DNA of 58,224 nt, the filler included, from Sphacelaria rigidula (taxonomy: Eukaryota), in NCBI GenBank assembly GCA_964200075.2. It is 2 parts of 2 records of this genome, joined end to end, with 100 filler letters (N's around TTAATTAATTAA, not from the genome) between each part and the next. Parts side by side here need not be neighbours in the genome. Positions count along the whole stretch, not along the records: positions 1 to 29,111 come from CAXNAA020000089.1; positions 29,212 to 58,224 come from CAXNAA020000090.1. One strand, given 5' to 3'. Below, one piece after another: positions 25,600 through 36,814 of this stretch (position 1 is its first letter; each line of letters starts with the position of its first letter). A program made the position numbers and the translations under genes. The notes beneath the pieces were generated by a model that was given only the letters and a program-made list of their open reading frames with translations, made no database searches and had not been told where the DNA came from.

Positions 25600-27180
25600 G
25601 AGTTTCTCGCCAGCTACTCTCGCCGCGATTGGGCTCGCGAACAGGACGCAGAACCGCTATGTCGCGCAGCCATCCGGTACTTGCAACTCGACTGTCCAGT
25701 CCTTTTTCCATCCACACGTCTGGCCTCGATTGACACACTGCCACCACCAGTTATTTCTGACGTATACGAGCTCGCGCGCAAGGCACCCTTACTACTACGG
25801 ATGAAGATCTGCATCTACTCCGTGCGTCGGCCCACGCCTTTGACAGGCGCAATTTTCACCTCAACCACGGGACGCCACGCACGACTACTCGATGACGAAG
25901 CAAGGCGCATATATGTCCCATTCTTGATGCGCCCCTGGGTCATGAAATGCTGCCACACAGACAGACTTGTCATGTCACCTTGGCGTCACCCGTACCCTAG
26001 CGCTCTTGGAACGCTTCTACTGGCGGGTTGGCATGGAAATTTCCACCCGCTTCTGGATTCGGCGATGCTTCAAATGCCAAGCCCGAAACCCTTAACGGCA
26101 GACAGTACGCTGGCCCGTCATCTCTATGGGGCTCCCCAACCAGCCAGGCCACCTTGTGTCCTTTGACTACTTCGGCCCTCTACCGACCACAAGTCGCGGC
26201 AACACCTACATCTTACGTTTCACTGACCGCTTCAGCCGCCACGCGCCCATGTACGCGATAACCGCCGCAGATTTTACTGCCGCCGGAACGGCCGACATAT
26301 TGGTCCCCGATTACATTGAGCACTGCGGTTACCCAAAGCGACTCCTTTTAGACAATGGTCGGAAATTTTGTTCAGATGTCTCTGACGGACTTTACTAGCT
26401 CCTGGGCATCCGCAAAATTGCCACGAGCGCCTACCACCCGAACGGTAACGGTGGTACCGAAAGAGTCAATCACACCATGGCCCAGATGCTCTCTATGATT
26501 GTCAATGACCGGCAAAATGAGTGGGACCTACATCTCTCGCGCATCATTTTGTCCTACAACAACTCGGTTGACGCCGCCACAGGCCTTTCTCCGAACGAAC
26601 TCCATCTTGGACGTTACTCTCGGCTGCTCATCACCGTGTTTGAGCACCACACGTTCGACGGCCACCAAGGATTGGATCAGGATCATATATCCTACCACGA
26701 GCTAGCGCATGCACGACAACGCAAAGCGTTTACCCTCGTGCGCGAACAACACGCTATCAACGCCTCGCGCCTAGAAAGATCTAACACCGCTCTCTACAGC
26801 CTCATGCATAAACGCCCCAACTGGAAGGTTGCTGATTAGGTTTGGATCTACAACAGTTTGTCGACCATCCGCCAAGGCACGAGCAAGGCAGCCAACGAAA
26901 CAATTTTGAAAACAAAGTTGTCCCTCAATGGGACAGGACCACTCAAGATCCTGACAGTCAGACCATCGTCATCATCACCGGATGATAAACCCGTCGGTGA
27001 CGAACTGCTCTATCTCGACTTGCCTCGCGACTTCCAGGGCAAGGACACCAAACCTCGCGTCTCTGTGCACAGATGCAAACCATGCACGAACCCGCATGAT
27101 ACAAGTGATATGCCCAAGTACCTGCCTGCCGGACTCAGTATGTTCTCAACAGCTACTCGACCAAGTCCCCGCCCAACCAC
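25600..27180 (+). pseudogene. Integrase of element C (HHCC zinc finger and DDE core)
   Basis: CHT..CHLGVTRTLALLERFYW...CFKCQ across frames; SFDYFGPLP...FTDRFSR...LLDNGRKF...YHPNGNGGTERVNHTM; GPL motif downstream. Confidence 0.93.
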
Positions 27181-27216
27181 GTTACAACCGACGAGGTGAC
27201 GGAACAGCCTCTTCGA

Positions 27217-27372
27217 TTGACCGTATCCGCCATCTCCGGCCACCAGATAACCCGTGGTCGAGGTGGCAAAATCGCTTTTATGTATAAGACACACTAGCAC
27301 GGTCTTCGGAGAGCGTCTTAGGAACGCAAATCCGACCTTTAATTGCACCGCCGTGCAATCCTCCTGTACTGA
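27217..27372 (+). pseudogene. Chromodomain-like module after the integrase (Trp codons converted to stops)
   Basis: The frame starting at 27181 reads LTVSAISGHQITRGRGGKIAFMYKTH*HGLRRAS*ERKSDL*LHRRAILLY*. This matches the chromodomain pattern Y.V.W.G....WE...L if the stops were W. Confidence 0.7.
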
Positions 27373-27420
27373 GCGCAATCCCAACATCAGCATCTTGCTC
27401 ACAACAAGAAATATCGCAAC

Positions 27421-27819
27421 ATGCATCGTGGCGCAGCAGCCCGCGAACTTCACCGTGATCAGGGACTACGCTTCGTCGCCGATGGTTACGAACTTGTACC
27501 CACCAAGACTTGTAATACGAAGTTCTTCGCAAACCAGCGAATACTGCCCAAGGGCAGCTACCTTTGGTTCAAAGGCAACGACAACCTCTGGTGGTTGGGC
27601 CAGACCCACTCCACTAACCTGGTTTCGGCCGACACATACATCATGCGTTTCATCGATGACCCTGGATCCATACAGCTCAAGCTCCGGCCAGTACTATACA
27701 CCACCAGCCCATCTGCACCACGCGGACCCTGGTGCCTCCAGCACCTCAAGTCCACAGGACTTCGCCGCGGTCTCCAGCGCAACATTGACCACACCTACGA
27801 CGTCCACGCCCCGCTTTAA
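27421..27819 (+). pseudogene. C-terminal Pol extension with a Tudor/PWWP-like motif
   Basis: Same frame as the chromodomain: LPKGSYLWFKGNDNLWWLGQTHSTNLVSADTYIMRFIDDPG. Confidence 0.5.
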
Positions 27820-28068
27820 ACCACGCTCCTTCGTCGCAACTGTTACCCCCCCCCCCCCCATTTTTCTGTTGCGTTGTTTGCCCTCCCTTCTCCACCAGGA
27901 CCCTCTCCTACAACATCACAACAGCGCGACCTGCATCGGACGACGATCGAAGAATTACTGAAGACGACCACGATCTACGACTGCTGGAGTTATAGTATCC
28001 CCTTGCGGCTGGCGCTCGATCTCGTTGGATCACCGATTTTCAGATTTCTGATCTTGCAATTTTTTTGC

Positions 28069-28195
28069 ACCTTTGGACTCCCCCAGATTGAAGCTCTGCT
28101 CCCTGTTGTACCTTTGGATTCCCCCAGGTTGAAGCTCCTCTTCCTGCTGTACCTGTGGATTCCCCCAGGTTGAGGCTCTGCTCCCTGTTGTACCT
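28069..28195 (+). repeat. Tandem repeat, about 3.1 x 41 bp, in the 3' non-coding region of element C
   Basis: Units resembling acctttggattcccccaggttgaagctctgctccctgttgt start at 28069, 28110 and 28151. Confidence 0.92.
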
Positions 28196-29111
28196 CCCTG
28201 TTTTTCCCCCTTAGTTTTGCTAGGACGCCGAAGCAACTTGTGCTTCTTCGTTGATCGCTAGCACGCGCAAGCAGTTTGTGCTTCCGCGTTTCGGAGCAGT
28301 TTTTGTTTTTGCTCCTCGAAGCAGTCTATGCTTCCCTTCTTTTGAGGTGTGGGAGTGGGTACGGGAATGTTGGTGCGGGAGTGTTTCCTTTTGTATGCTT
28401 CATTAGCCACTCATGACTTTACGAGTAAAGAAAACCTTACTTTTCGCTGCTTTGAGGATAAACCCGCGCAGCTGTAATAAAGGGTCGTCTGGGTGGATTA
28501 GTGTCATGAAGATGCATATTAGCCTGTTGCCATGCCGCTTCAGACCCATCGTCGAGTCTGGCTATCGATATTTCGGATATTCCGGTATCCAAGACTGCAG
28601 GTCTGTTCAGAGTTGGTCGGGTACGAATATGAGCTCGTATATGGTAGAGATGATGACGGCTGGATCTGCACAAAAGGCAGATCTAGCGGTTACCGTGTCA
28701 CTACTCTCTTCTACCCTCTTCCGGCAAAGCAGTGTAACATCGGTGAGACTGATTGACTGAGCGTGAGATTGGATTGATTGATTGGATAATAAAAGGTAGA
28801 GGCCAGAGAATGAACAAGAAGATACAACCTGCGAGTGAGATCATTCTGAGGCATTTGCCATTTGCCGAACTCGTCTTGTGTGAGTCGGTTTCTGTTGTTC
28901 TATCTGGCTGTTCAGCCTACGGACTGGACCGTTGCCTCGTTTTTTGAGCCTGTGCTTGCCATAACAGCACCGTAACCTCATTTCAAAAAACAACTAATTG
29001 TGCGAGTTGAGATTTCACTCCGAGATGAGGTTCAAGCCCGAAACAGTGCTTTCCCCCCACTTTCAGCGATGGTGCCCAATGACGTTTCGTCGGCCTAATG
29101 CCCCTCGATCG

Positions 29112-29211
29112 NNNNNNNNNNNNNNNNNNNNNNNNNNNNNNNNNNNNNNNNNNNNTTAATTAATTAANNNNNNNNNNNNNNNNNNNNNNNNNNNNNNNNN
29201 NNNNNNNNNNN
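29112..29211. other. Assembly gap / scaffold spacer: 44 N + TTAATTAATTAA + 44 N
   Basis: Exactly 100 bp and symmetric; the central 12-mer gives stop codons in all six frames, so it is an artificial linker. Confidence 0.97.
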
Positions 29212-29761
29212 TGCTGTCTGGGCCGCTTTTGAATGCACAGCATGTGCGGACCGTGCTTGCAAAAACAGGATATTTGCCATTATCCAACGCTTTTCACCGT
29301 TTTTCGCGGAGGCGTTTAAAAGACTATTAAAAAAAAGATTTTTTCCCCCGGCGTAACACTGTTCTGTTCGATACTCGTCATTACACATGTAACATGATTC
29401 ATGTGTGATTCAATTTAATTCAATGATGCGGTTGGAAATTCTTTCGCTCCCACAAAACACATATTCCCTTGATTGGGAATATTTCGCGTTGTTCTTGGCT
29501 TTCGAATTTGTGCATTAATAAAAGCCCTGTGCACAGGGCAGGTGTGTGTGGGGGGGGCATTTTTCCAAAAATGTCAGTCACCCCGAATGCCAAGTGGCAG
29601 AACCGTAGATCCCTGCCCGCCAACAAAACACGTTGCCAGTTTCTTCTGAGTGCACAGATTCTTGTAAAGTATCCCCATACCTCCAATACACATATTCACC
29701 TCGCCTGTGTTTGCCAAAGCTTATCTTCTCTCACACCATATATAAATGTATCCCAATCGTT

Positions 29762-31047
29762 TCACAGACCATTCCAATAGGTCCCTTCTCCCGGTTTCTT
29801 CCGCCTCCCGATCGACTCCTTTTCTATGGCGTTAGACACCCTCTTCGCACTCTCATTATTTTTCTCACGTAAGTCTTATAGACATCCGACTTCCACCTTC
29901 CTTCTTTCTGCGATATGTCAGACGATATTCCTCCAGTTGAAAGTTGAGTAGCCCCGCAATATGTAGGGAGTGCAATGCGTATTCATACGGGTTTGCTCCC
30001 GCCGCCGCTACCAACGTCCGTAATGCTTTGGTGGCCTGACCCTGGGTGCACCAGACGGGTACCCCATCGCCATGTAAATACGTCATTAGCGGTGAATCTA
30101 CGGGCAAAGTCGGGAAACGAGGCAACAATTCCACCACCACATCTACCGCTCCTAGCATCAGAGAATTCCTATGGTCCGTATTCTGACTGGTGGAACGTTT
30201 TGTACGTGTAACGATCGCCCCCCGTCTCATGTGGTCACCTTTGGATGCACGAAAGCGTACCTCAACGCGATCAGCCAAAAACCAGAACGGCCATTCCAGT
30301 TGCCGCTCCTCATGAAATAATGCTACGTCCTTCCTACGCAAGCAATATTCAGGATGTACGCGATGTTTGTTCTCAGCAAACATTTCGGATGCGCGGGTTA
30401 GAAGGAAATATGACATTCCAACACCCAAAAATAATACCCAGCCCCCAGGTCCCCATTGCGACAACAGCTTTTCAGCTGTGCATAACATCGCCCAGATATA
30501 GGGCGCCTTACTGTTGGTTGGTTCCCGACCTCGGTGTGACTGCGCTCGCCCCTTTTAGCGTTTTTTGCACCAAGGCGTGCCCAACAGGTAAATCCAGGTT
30601 GAACAATATCTGGTGGAAATACTTAACAGATGCTAAATGATTTCCAATTGTTGCTGCTTGTAACCCGTACACTAAGCAGGCGTAAGACGCATAAGATAGA
30701 ATAACATTCACATAACCCATTGTATTTTTCCCTTGAAGCAAAAAATCTGGGGTATTCATGTCGCGTCGGAAGCGAACGAGTGACCCAAGATATCCTTCGT
30801 AAGTCTGCTCAGACGTTCGCGCAATGGATCCTTTTGCAAACTTGAATCCAAAATGTTGGAACAAAGCTGGATCCCCGGGTCTTTTATCACTAGAGTTTTG
30901 CATCCCCAATGATCCTGGCACAAGCGGCTCGCGTTCGCCAATAGTACGGTCTGCTTGCGCCAACGCGTCTCGAGCTAGCTCCCTCAAGCCTCCTCGACGT
31001 ATCTCCGTAACGCGCCGCCCCGTATCCGACACCGTAGGCCCCACCAA
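29762..31047 (-). pseudogene. Tyrosine recombinase (frameshifted)
   Basis: N-terminal SIARTSEQTY...TIGNHLASVKYFH; catalytic part YFLLTRASE...FRASKGD...YALHSLHI, then after a frameshift GATQL...EGRWKSDVYKTYVR...PGEGTYW, stop at 29762. This is the R/K/HxxR/W/Y layout with HxxR mutated to HxxH. Confidence 0.92.
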
Positions 31048-31068
31048 TCCTCGGCGGAGCCAGTACCC

Positions 31069-32652
31069 CTATCCAGATGTCAGCGGTGCATTCTCACCGG
31101 TCGCTGCCGTTGGTCCTCCTCCACGGGCGATACCCCGACCTCCGGGGGCCGTACGTGCCGCGGAAGTTTGGCTCGTGGTGCCCGCACCCTTACCCGCCTG
31201 TGCATCACGATCCTGAGTACCGCCCCCTTGTCCACCTTCACCGGCTCCGGCCCTCGCAGGTGCCAAACGACGGACTCCCTCTGTCTCCACCCCGGCTCGG
31301 TTACACCCCAAACCTTCGACGTGGCGGTATTTTCACTGCTCCTCGGTGAGCGCGCATTTCCCGTCCAACCACTTGAAACAAGTGAGGTCCCGCTTTGCGG
31401 CGGGTGTTGTCGCCGCCCGTTTTCTTAGGTCAGTCCCACCGCCAGTCGGGGCACTCCGTTTTTTGCGGTCTTGCTCAAAATCCTCCTGTACCGGCATATA
31501 TCCCGAATCGAGATATTGTTGCAAAGTCGGGGAGGTTGGGACTGACATCATCGGTATGCTTGCTGCTGATGGCGGCGGCGAGTCGTGTCGAGCCAGGAAA
31601 ATATCGGACTCGTTGGTCATGGCCTCCGTTCATCCCCGCTGGTCCGTGTTGATCATTTTCTCGAATATTGCAGATTTGTCTTCGACCAGCACAGCGCGGG
31701 TCATCGCATACATGCGAAATGTCTGCAATACCTTGTCAAACGCTGCTTCTAGCCGGGATATGCGCTGGTTGCATGAAGCCGACTCTCCGTCAGCCTGAGA
31801 GTGGCTAGCCTCAAGGCCGGCACGTAACAGTTTTGCTATTCCGTGCTTCACCAGCGCCAGGCGGTCGACGATCGAGATTGACGTCGACGAGTAATATCGG
31901 CTACGCCCACCGAAATCCATCCCGTTGAACCCACCCATTTCCGACGGGACCGTGAAGACGTTGGTAGTAACGAGAAGGATGTCGCCCATAGGGCCCTGCA
32001 GTTCGCTCTTCGTCATTGCGTGTGGCATTCTCCCGCGCAACACCCAGATCACACGCGTTTGTGTTTTCTTCCAAGCGTCCACTCGTGTCTTGTGCTGGGC
32101 TTTTTTATGGAGGGGTAATTCTTCCGTCCTTTCACCATCGAAACCTGGGTGTGGAAGACCAGCAGCAGAGTACGGAGATGATGATGATGATGCCAGTAGC
32201 CCCGTCGCGAATGCGGGCTGGTGGCGTCTACTCCCGGCGAAGGGTCCCGCGGCTTCGGCGAAGGCAGCTGGCATGGTGAAGGGGCTGTATGCTGGATGCC
32301 GTTCTGGCGATGGGAACTGTTGCACGAAGAGGTTGTGCTGTTGCCAGGCAGCCGACGACTATTGCGGCGGCGCAGCGGTGTGACGGTTGAGGGGGGCGTC
32401 CTTCAATCCGGCCCGCTGTTCAAGGGCCTGTGCGAAAGATGGTCGGTTTTCGTTGCGCATATTTGACATCGCTTGATCGTTCTCGCCCCGCATGGTGTTC
32501 ACTTCGCGGCTAAGCTCCTCTATCTGTCGCCTGGAGACTGTATCCACAGCCGGTGCGACTTCCTCTTGTTCTCGGTCGTACTATTCCTGGTCCGCGATGT
32601 CATCAAGGGCACCGGCGCCGCCGGTGCTCAGGGCGTCAGCCTGTTTTTCCAT
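31069..32652 (-). pseudogene. gag: gag-like ORF with a CCCH zinc finger (one frame, four internal stops)
   Basis: ORFs 32359-32547, 31630-32325, 31333-31620 and 31069-31311 share one frame with an ATG at 32652. Finger CFKWLDGKCALTEEQ*KYRH at 31321-31380. Confidence 0.75.
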
Positions 32653-32680
32653 CAGTAAGCAGACTGCTCCCAGTACAAAT

Positions 32681-32799
32681 TATAGTATAAACTTCGACAA
32701 ACGATGCGATCCCTCTGCGACTGCTCACGGTCACGTTCCAGAATCAAAGTACAGTATAAAGTTCGACAAACGATGCGACCTTTCTCCGGCTGCTCACAG
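32681..32799. repeat. Direct repeat, 2 x ~50 bp with a 69-bp period, upstream of the YR-element gag
   Basis: tatagtataaacttcgacaaacgatgcga...tgctcac at 32681 and tacagtataaagttcgacaaacgatgcga...tgctcac at 32750. Confidence 0.85.
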
Positions 32800-33005
32800 C
32801 GCAAAGTATGTGTTTCGGGTGTACCACCTTCAACACTCGTACTGCCTGCAATCGAACAGTAAGATGGCTGGATGTTTAGGCCAACGTTCTGCACGCCTGC
32901 TACTACGTCCGCCCACCACTATCTCAGCGTGTTAAATGACAATCGCTTCGATGTTCGGTATCAGCCATACAGACGTCTCGAGCCCTGATCCATTCTAGGT
33001 AAATA

Positions 33006-33309
33006 TGGGCGCACCAGTCGGGGTCACACAGGAGAAAAGTCGACACACGAGTTTTCGAGTTTTCCCGTTTTCATTCGATTTTAGTTGTCCACCTTCCTTC
33101 TGCGGTGCTTGCCTTTATTTTTTATCGCGAGAGGGATTCAGTAGTCCCGTTCTCTCGTCGACCGTTGAGTCGATTTTTGTGTACCCACGACGCAGTCGCT
33201 CTCCACTATTGGGTATTGTGAGAGGAACAATCCTAGATCGCTCCGAGATTCGAATTCACGACCCAATCATGAGAAGGTTTCGAGGTTACCAACTGAGCCC
33301 CGGGGGCGC
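33006..33309 (-). mobile_element. tRNA-derived SINE
   Basis: The minus-strand head has an A-box-like ggctcagttgg (33289-33299) and a B-box-like attcgaatc (33247-33255). The body is shared with 44883-45088. Confidence 0.82.
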
Positions 33310-35024
33310 CCAGCATGAAAAAATGAGTAAAATATGTATTGCATAATAAATAACGTTAACGACGGAACGAAAGAAAAAGAGAATATGTCAGGATTCGAAC
33401 TTATGACCTCCATAACTGGAGTCTCCCGTATCACTTGATGGATTAAACAAGCGCGGCCGTGTCACACGAAACGTGCGATGCGGCGCCCAGTTTGAGGTAT
33501 TTTTGGCCGAAACCTCATCAGGATGTCCTCGACCCGAGTGCCCACGACAACATCGTTCGGTGTGTGCAGCCGTTATTATATTTCTTTCACCAAGTTGTAG
33601 CATTTCTCCTGTTTTTGCTGAAACTTCAACTCGCTCTAACGTTTTTTTTCCTTTCTCCCACACCTCCAATAGTGTTGCTGATGATGAAAATGTCGTGTCA
33701 AATTTTTCAGGGCCTAGTAACTCTCCGAGCTACCAATCGCATCGCCATTCTTCATTCAAAAATCACTGGAAGCTGGCCTAGCTCGTGAAGTTTTCGAGCG
33801 ATCGTCTGTCGCGGCTTACCATCAGCATGGAAATGACGTGGTAGTGATGAAAACCTACGTAATGATATACCCTGATGATACGAATTGAAAAAAGCGAGCT
33901 CAACAACAGCCATGGTCGACGCTCGTTGTTCGACCGAAAATCCCATCTATCTTTTGATTCCTTATGCTTCCGGCCATGGTGCGGTCTTTCAGCAGTAGTA
34001 GATGAGCTGCTGTTGACTATCAACAGGAAGGGATATGCCTCTGAGTCGTTTCCATCCAGAGTACGTATGCATCCTTTAGACGGGAAGGGCCCATTACTCT
34101 TTCTTTTCTGAAGTCGACAAAAGATTCGATCATCGTTGATCGTCCGTCCGCGCACGCACGTACGGGATAATGCAAGAAGATCGACGATGACGATGGCACG
34201 CCGGCAGCATTACTTTTGGTCCGCCGAAGTGCAAATATCAACCACAGTACGTTCGTTACTACTGCTCCTGTGGCTCCATTTTTGTGTGCCGTATGTTGCT
34301 GCCCGGCGCTCAACTCATTCCTCACGTCGGTTACGCGTAGGGTCGTCAATTTTTTTACACTGGTCGAGCACAAGCGTAATTGAGAACCAATCGCTCTTGG
34401 TGTGGTAAGCCTAGAAGTCTATGGTACCAAGCCGACCAGTCAGATATTGAGATATTTGTTTCCTTTATCGAAGTTCGCCGAACAAACGAAACCGGGTCCA
34501 CGACAACAGTTGACCATCGATCGATGATTATCACCCATAAAGCGTGAGTGCTAGTGTGCGACCTTCATTCTCCCATCACTAACATTGATGACGGACCCCT
34601 CAAAACCATACAGTACTCTGAGGTCCTACTTTTGTCCTCTCAATTTTCTCAAAATCATACACTTATCGGTCGCTGTCGGCAATGATCGGACGTTCACGTG
34701 GCTCATCCTTCCAACGGCGCTCCTTGGGGCTTGGGCGGGTGTGAGACAATATCCCTACAAAGTGCAACAGGCAAGCGGTCATGGAAGGTCGGGCGCACGG
34801 GGCGGGCGTCGCGCCCTCACAGACAGAGCTAATGCCTTTTTGGGAGTACAGTAGCTTAGTTACGCAGTGGAAGCCCGAGATCTCCTTAGTGACAAAAGGG
34901 AGCTGTAGGCGCTCAGCCGCAAACACTCTGCTGCTGCTGCACACTACCGCAGGTCGTCAGAGGGGTAATATGAGTCGCATACCAATTTTCGAAATATTTA
35001 ATATTCCACGTTTCTCGGGTGGGG

Positions 35025-35130
35025 TTGACCCTTTGACGGCGAGGGCATGTCATCTGTTAAATCGACATCAATTTCACTTGAAGAAAACATGCATAATCCC
35101 GATAGATTACCCTCGCGGCGAAGAGGTTCA
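35025..35130. mobile_element. Short piggyBac-like MITE (degenerate TTAA-CCCT termini)
   Basis: ttgaccctttgacggcgag...ctcgcggcgaagaggttca; the body aatcgacatcaatttcacttgaa is shared with 43394-43502. Confidence 0.7.
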
Positions 35131-36814
35131 CGCTTTGACCACCAGGGCGGATCATCCTTGGGCTTTTTGCGCTTATTTTACAAGTGAAAAATATGCCAAT
35201 TCGACACATGACTCGGAGGGTTTTTGTCGGCAACGAGAGGTCTTGATACAGCGCATACAAAGTATCATGTGTATGTTGTGCGCAGATCGGAGAACGTCGC
35301 GACGAAGTCCTGGTAGGTTCAAGATAGGTTTAATGTTTTTTTACATGTTTGCGGTCACGTCTCAAGTGCGTGTAGAAGAATGTTGGAACATACACCCCCC
35401 AGTATCCCCCACGCACCCTGTCTGTGCAGGCTGCCCAGCTTGTCTCAATTTTTATCGGGTTGTTCTCTGTACACGACAGCAATGCAGCCATGCACGGGTG
35501 GCCAGGGCCATCCCTCCGTCACACGATGTGCCTGAAAAGCCGGTACAATCAGCCCCTTCGTCGTTTGAATAACTGGTAGTGGTGGTGCCTGTTGTCGCCG
35601 TTGGCATTCCTTCATACACACAGGTGCAGATATCAAATCGAGACAAATAAGGTACATTGTAAGCAGGTGACATCAATCTCGGACAGTGTTGGTATTCCGT
35701 ATTCGCAGTACACAGTACAGTGTCATCAGTTCGGTCGTGTGTTCACACGTTGACTTCCTTTCAGTGATTCACGCACTGTACTCTTATGTATCTTCCGTAA
35801 AACACCCGAAATTCATACTCTTCCCAGCTCTTCCCATAGATAGACCGGAATCCTCGACTCCCCTGCGCCCCAAGGAGTCGAGTGCCCTGGAGCATTTTAC
35901 TCTTGCCTGCAGAACACAGTACAGTGCGGTGAACGGCTACAGTCCAACAAAAAATACATTTCGACACCAAAAATACACCCATCTGACCTATTCCATATTT
36001 GCCACAGCCTTACACTCCTTGTGGTGTCGCACACGGTGTTGAATCCTCATGTCTCAGCACATCCATTGTGTTCACGATACGGCAGTGGCTCAGGTATCAC
36101 AGTATCATATACACTAAAGGAGTGTATAAATTTGCTGTAATGATGGTCACGTACAAACAAAAGCAGGAGAGACCGAAGCAAATGGCTACTCCGTCGCCTC
36201 GACCGAGCAGCACTATTGAATGCGCTCAGCATCATCTCACAGCAAGCGAGAAGACTCGAAGTTTCACAGAGAATTTGAAAATATCATATAAATGGGGCCC
36301 CAGAATGCCAGAGTTGCATGTATTTTCTTCAATTAAAAATTTCAGATGATGTGACCCCCCGACTTTTTCGGGTCTTTTGAAAGTTTTCGGATCTTTTGAA
36401 ACGCTGTTGTGATGCACATAAACAGGAAATTTACTCCCATCTGCTCACACCGCCTCTATCACTCCATCTTCTCAACCCCCTACCCTCTCAATCTGCGAAG
36501 GCAACGGCTGCACGGTGTGCATTACACGTCATAAGGCGGTTAGGAAGCAAGGCGGTCTGGAGACGTGGAGTATTACAGGTTGAGATAGGGTAGAGCTCGC
36601 TGTCGGCTGAAACAAGCACAAGTGCGTGTGCTGAACAAATCACAGGGTGAGACCGTTGGCGACAGTTGAGTAGGAGGGAAAGAAGATCCGTAGATTTTGT
36701 TCTGCGGTACCCTCCCCTTTTTTTTTGCCAAAACTACGATTTATTTGGGGGTTCCAAGGGGAGAATTTTCAAGGGACTGTAGTTCAGGAATCTCGGGCAT
36801 TGTTTGTATAGGAT

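Larger units (their letters stand above)
16162..28382 (+). mobile_element. Near full-length pseudogenised Ty3/Gypsy element C (gag-PR-RT-RH-IN-chromodomain-Tudor-like)
   Basis: Domain order PR-RT-RH-IN is Gypsy type; many stops and frameshifts; two MITE insertions; purine-rich PPT-like tract at 28345-28381. LTRs not resolved and boundaries approximate. Confidence 0.93.
29762..32940 (-). mobile_element. DIRS/Ngaro-type tyrosine-recombinase retroelement, decayed and lacking RT/RNase H
   Basis: gag-like frame with a CCCH finger directly followed by a YR ORF. Terminal repeats not resolved; upper boundary approximate. Confidence 0.85.

Noticed and set aside
28069-28195. CRISPR-like appearance of short regular repeats
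   Set aside because: Units are head-to-tail with no unique spacers, there are no cas genes, and the context is a eukaryotic retroelement.
29015-29060. Possible minimal hammerhead ribozyme (gagatgagg-ttcaag-cccgaaac)
   Set aside because: The core reads GAGATGA rather than CTGATGA, and I could not form stems I and III.
33240-33309. tRNA gene
   Set aside because: A/B boxes are present but there is no intact cloverleaf, and it is attached to a repeated body, so it is a SINE head.
33490-33530. CTGATGAG on the minus strand as a hammerhead core
   Set aside because: No GAAA follows the putative stem II.
33388-34430. Cluster of short minus-strand ORFs as a transposase relic
   Set aside because: No catalytic or family motif could be recognised.
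34781-35572. 263-aa ORF
   Set aside because: It runs through a MITE (35025-35130) and has no protein-like composition; a chance ORF.
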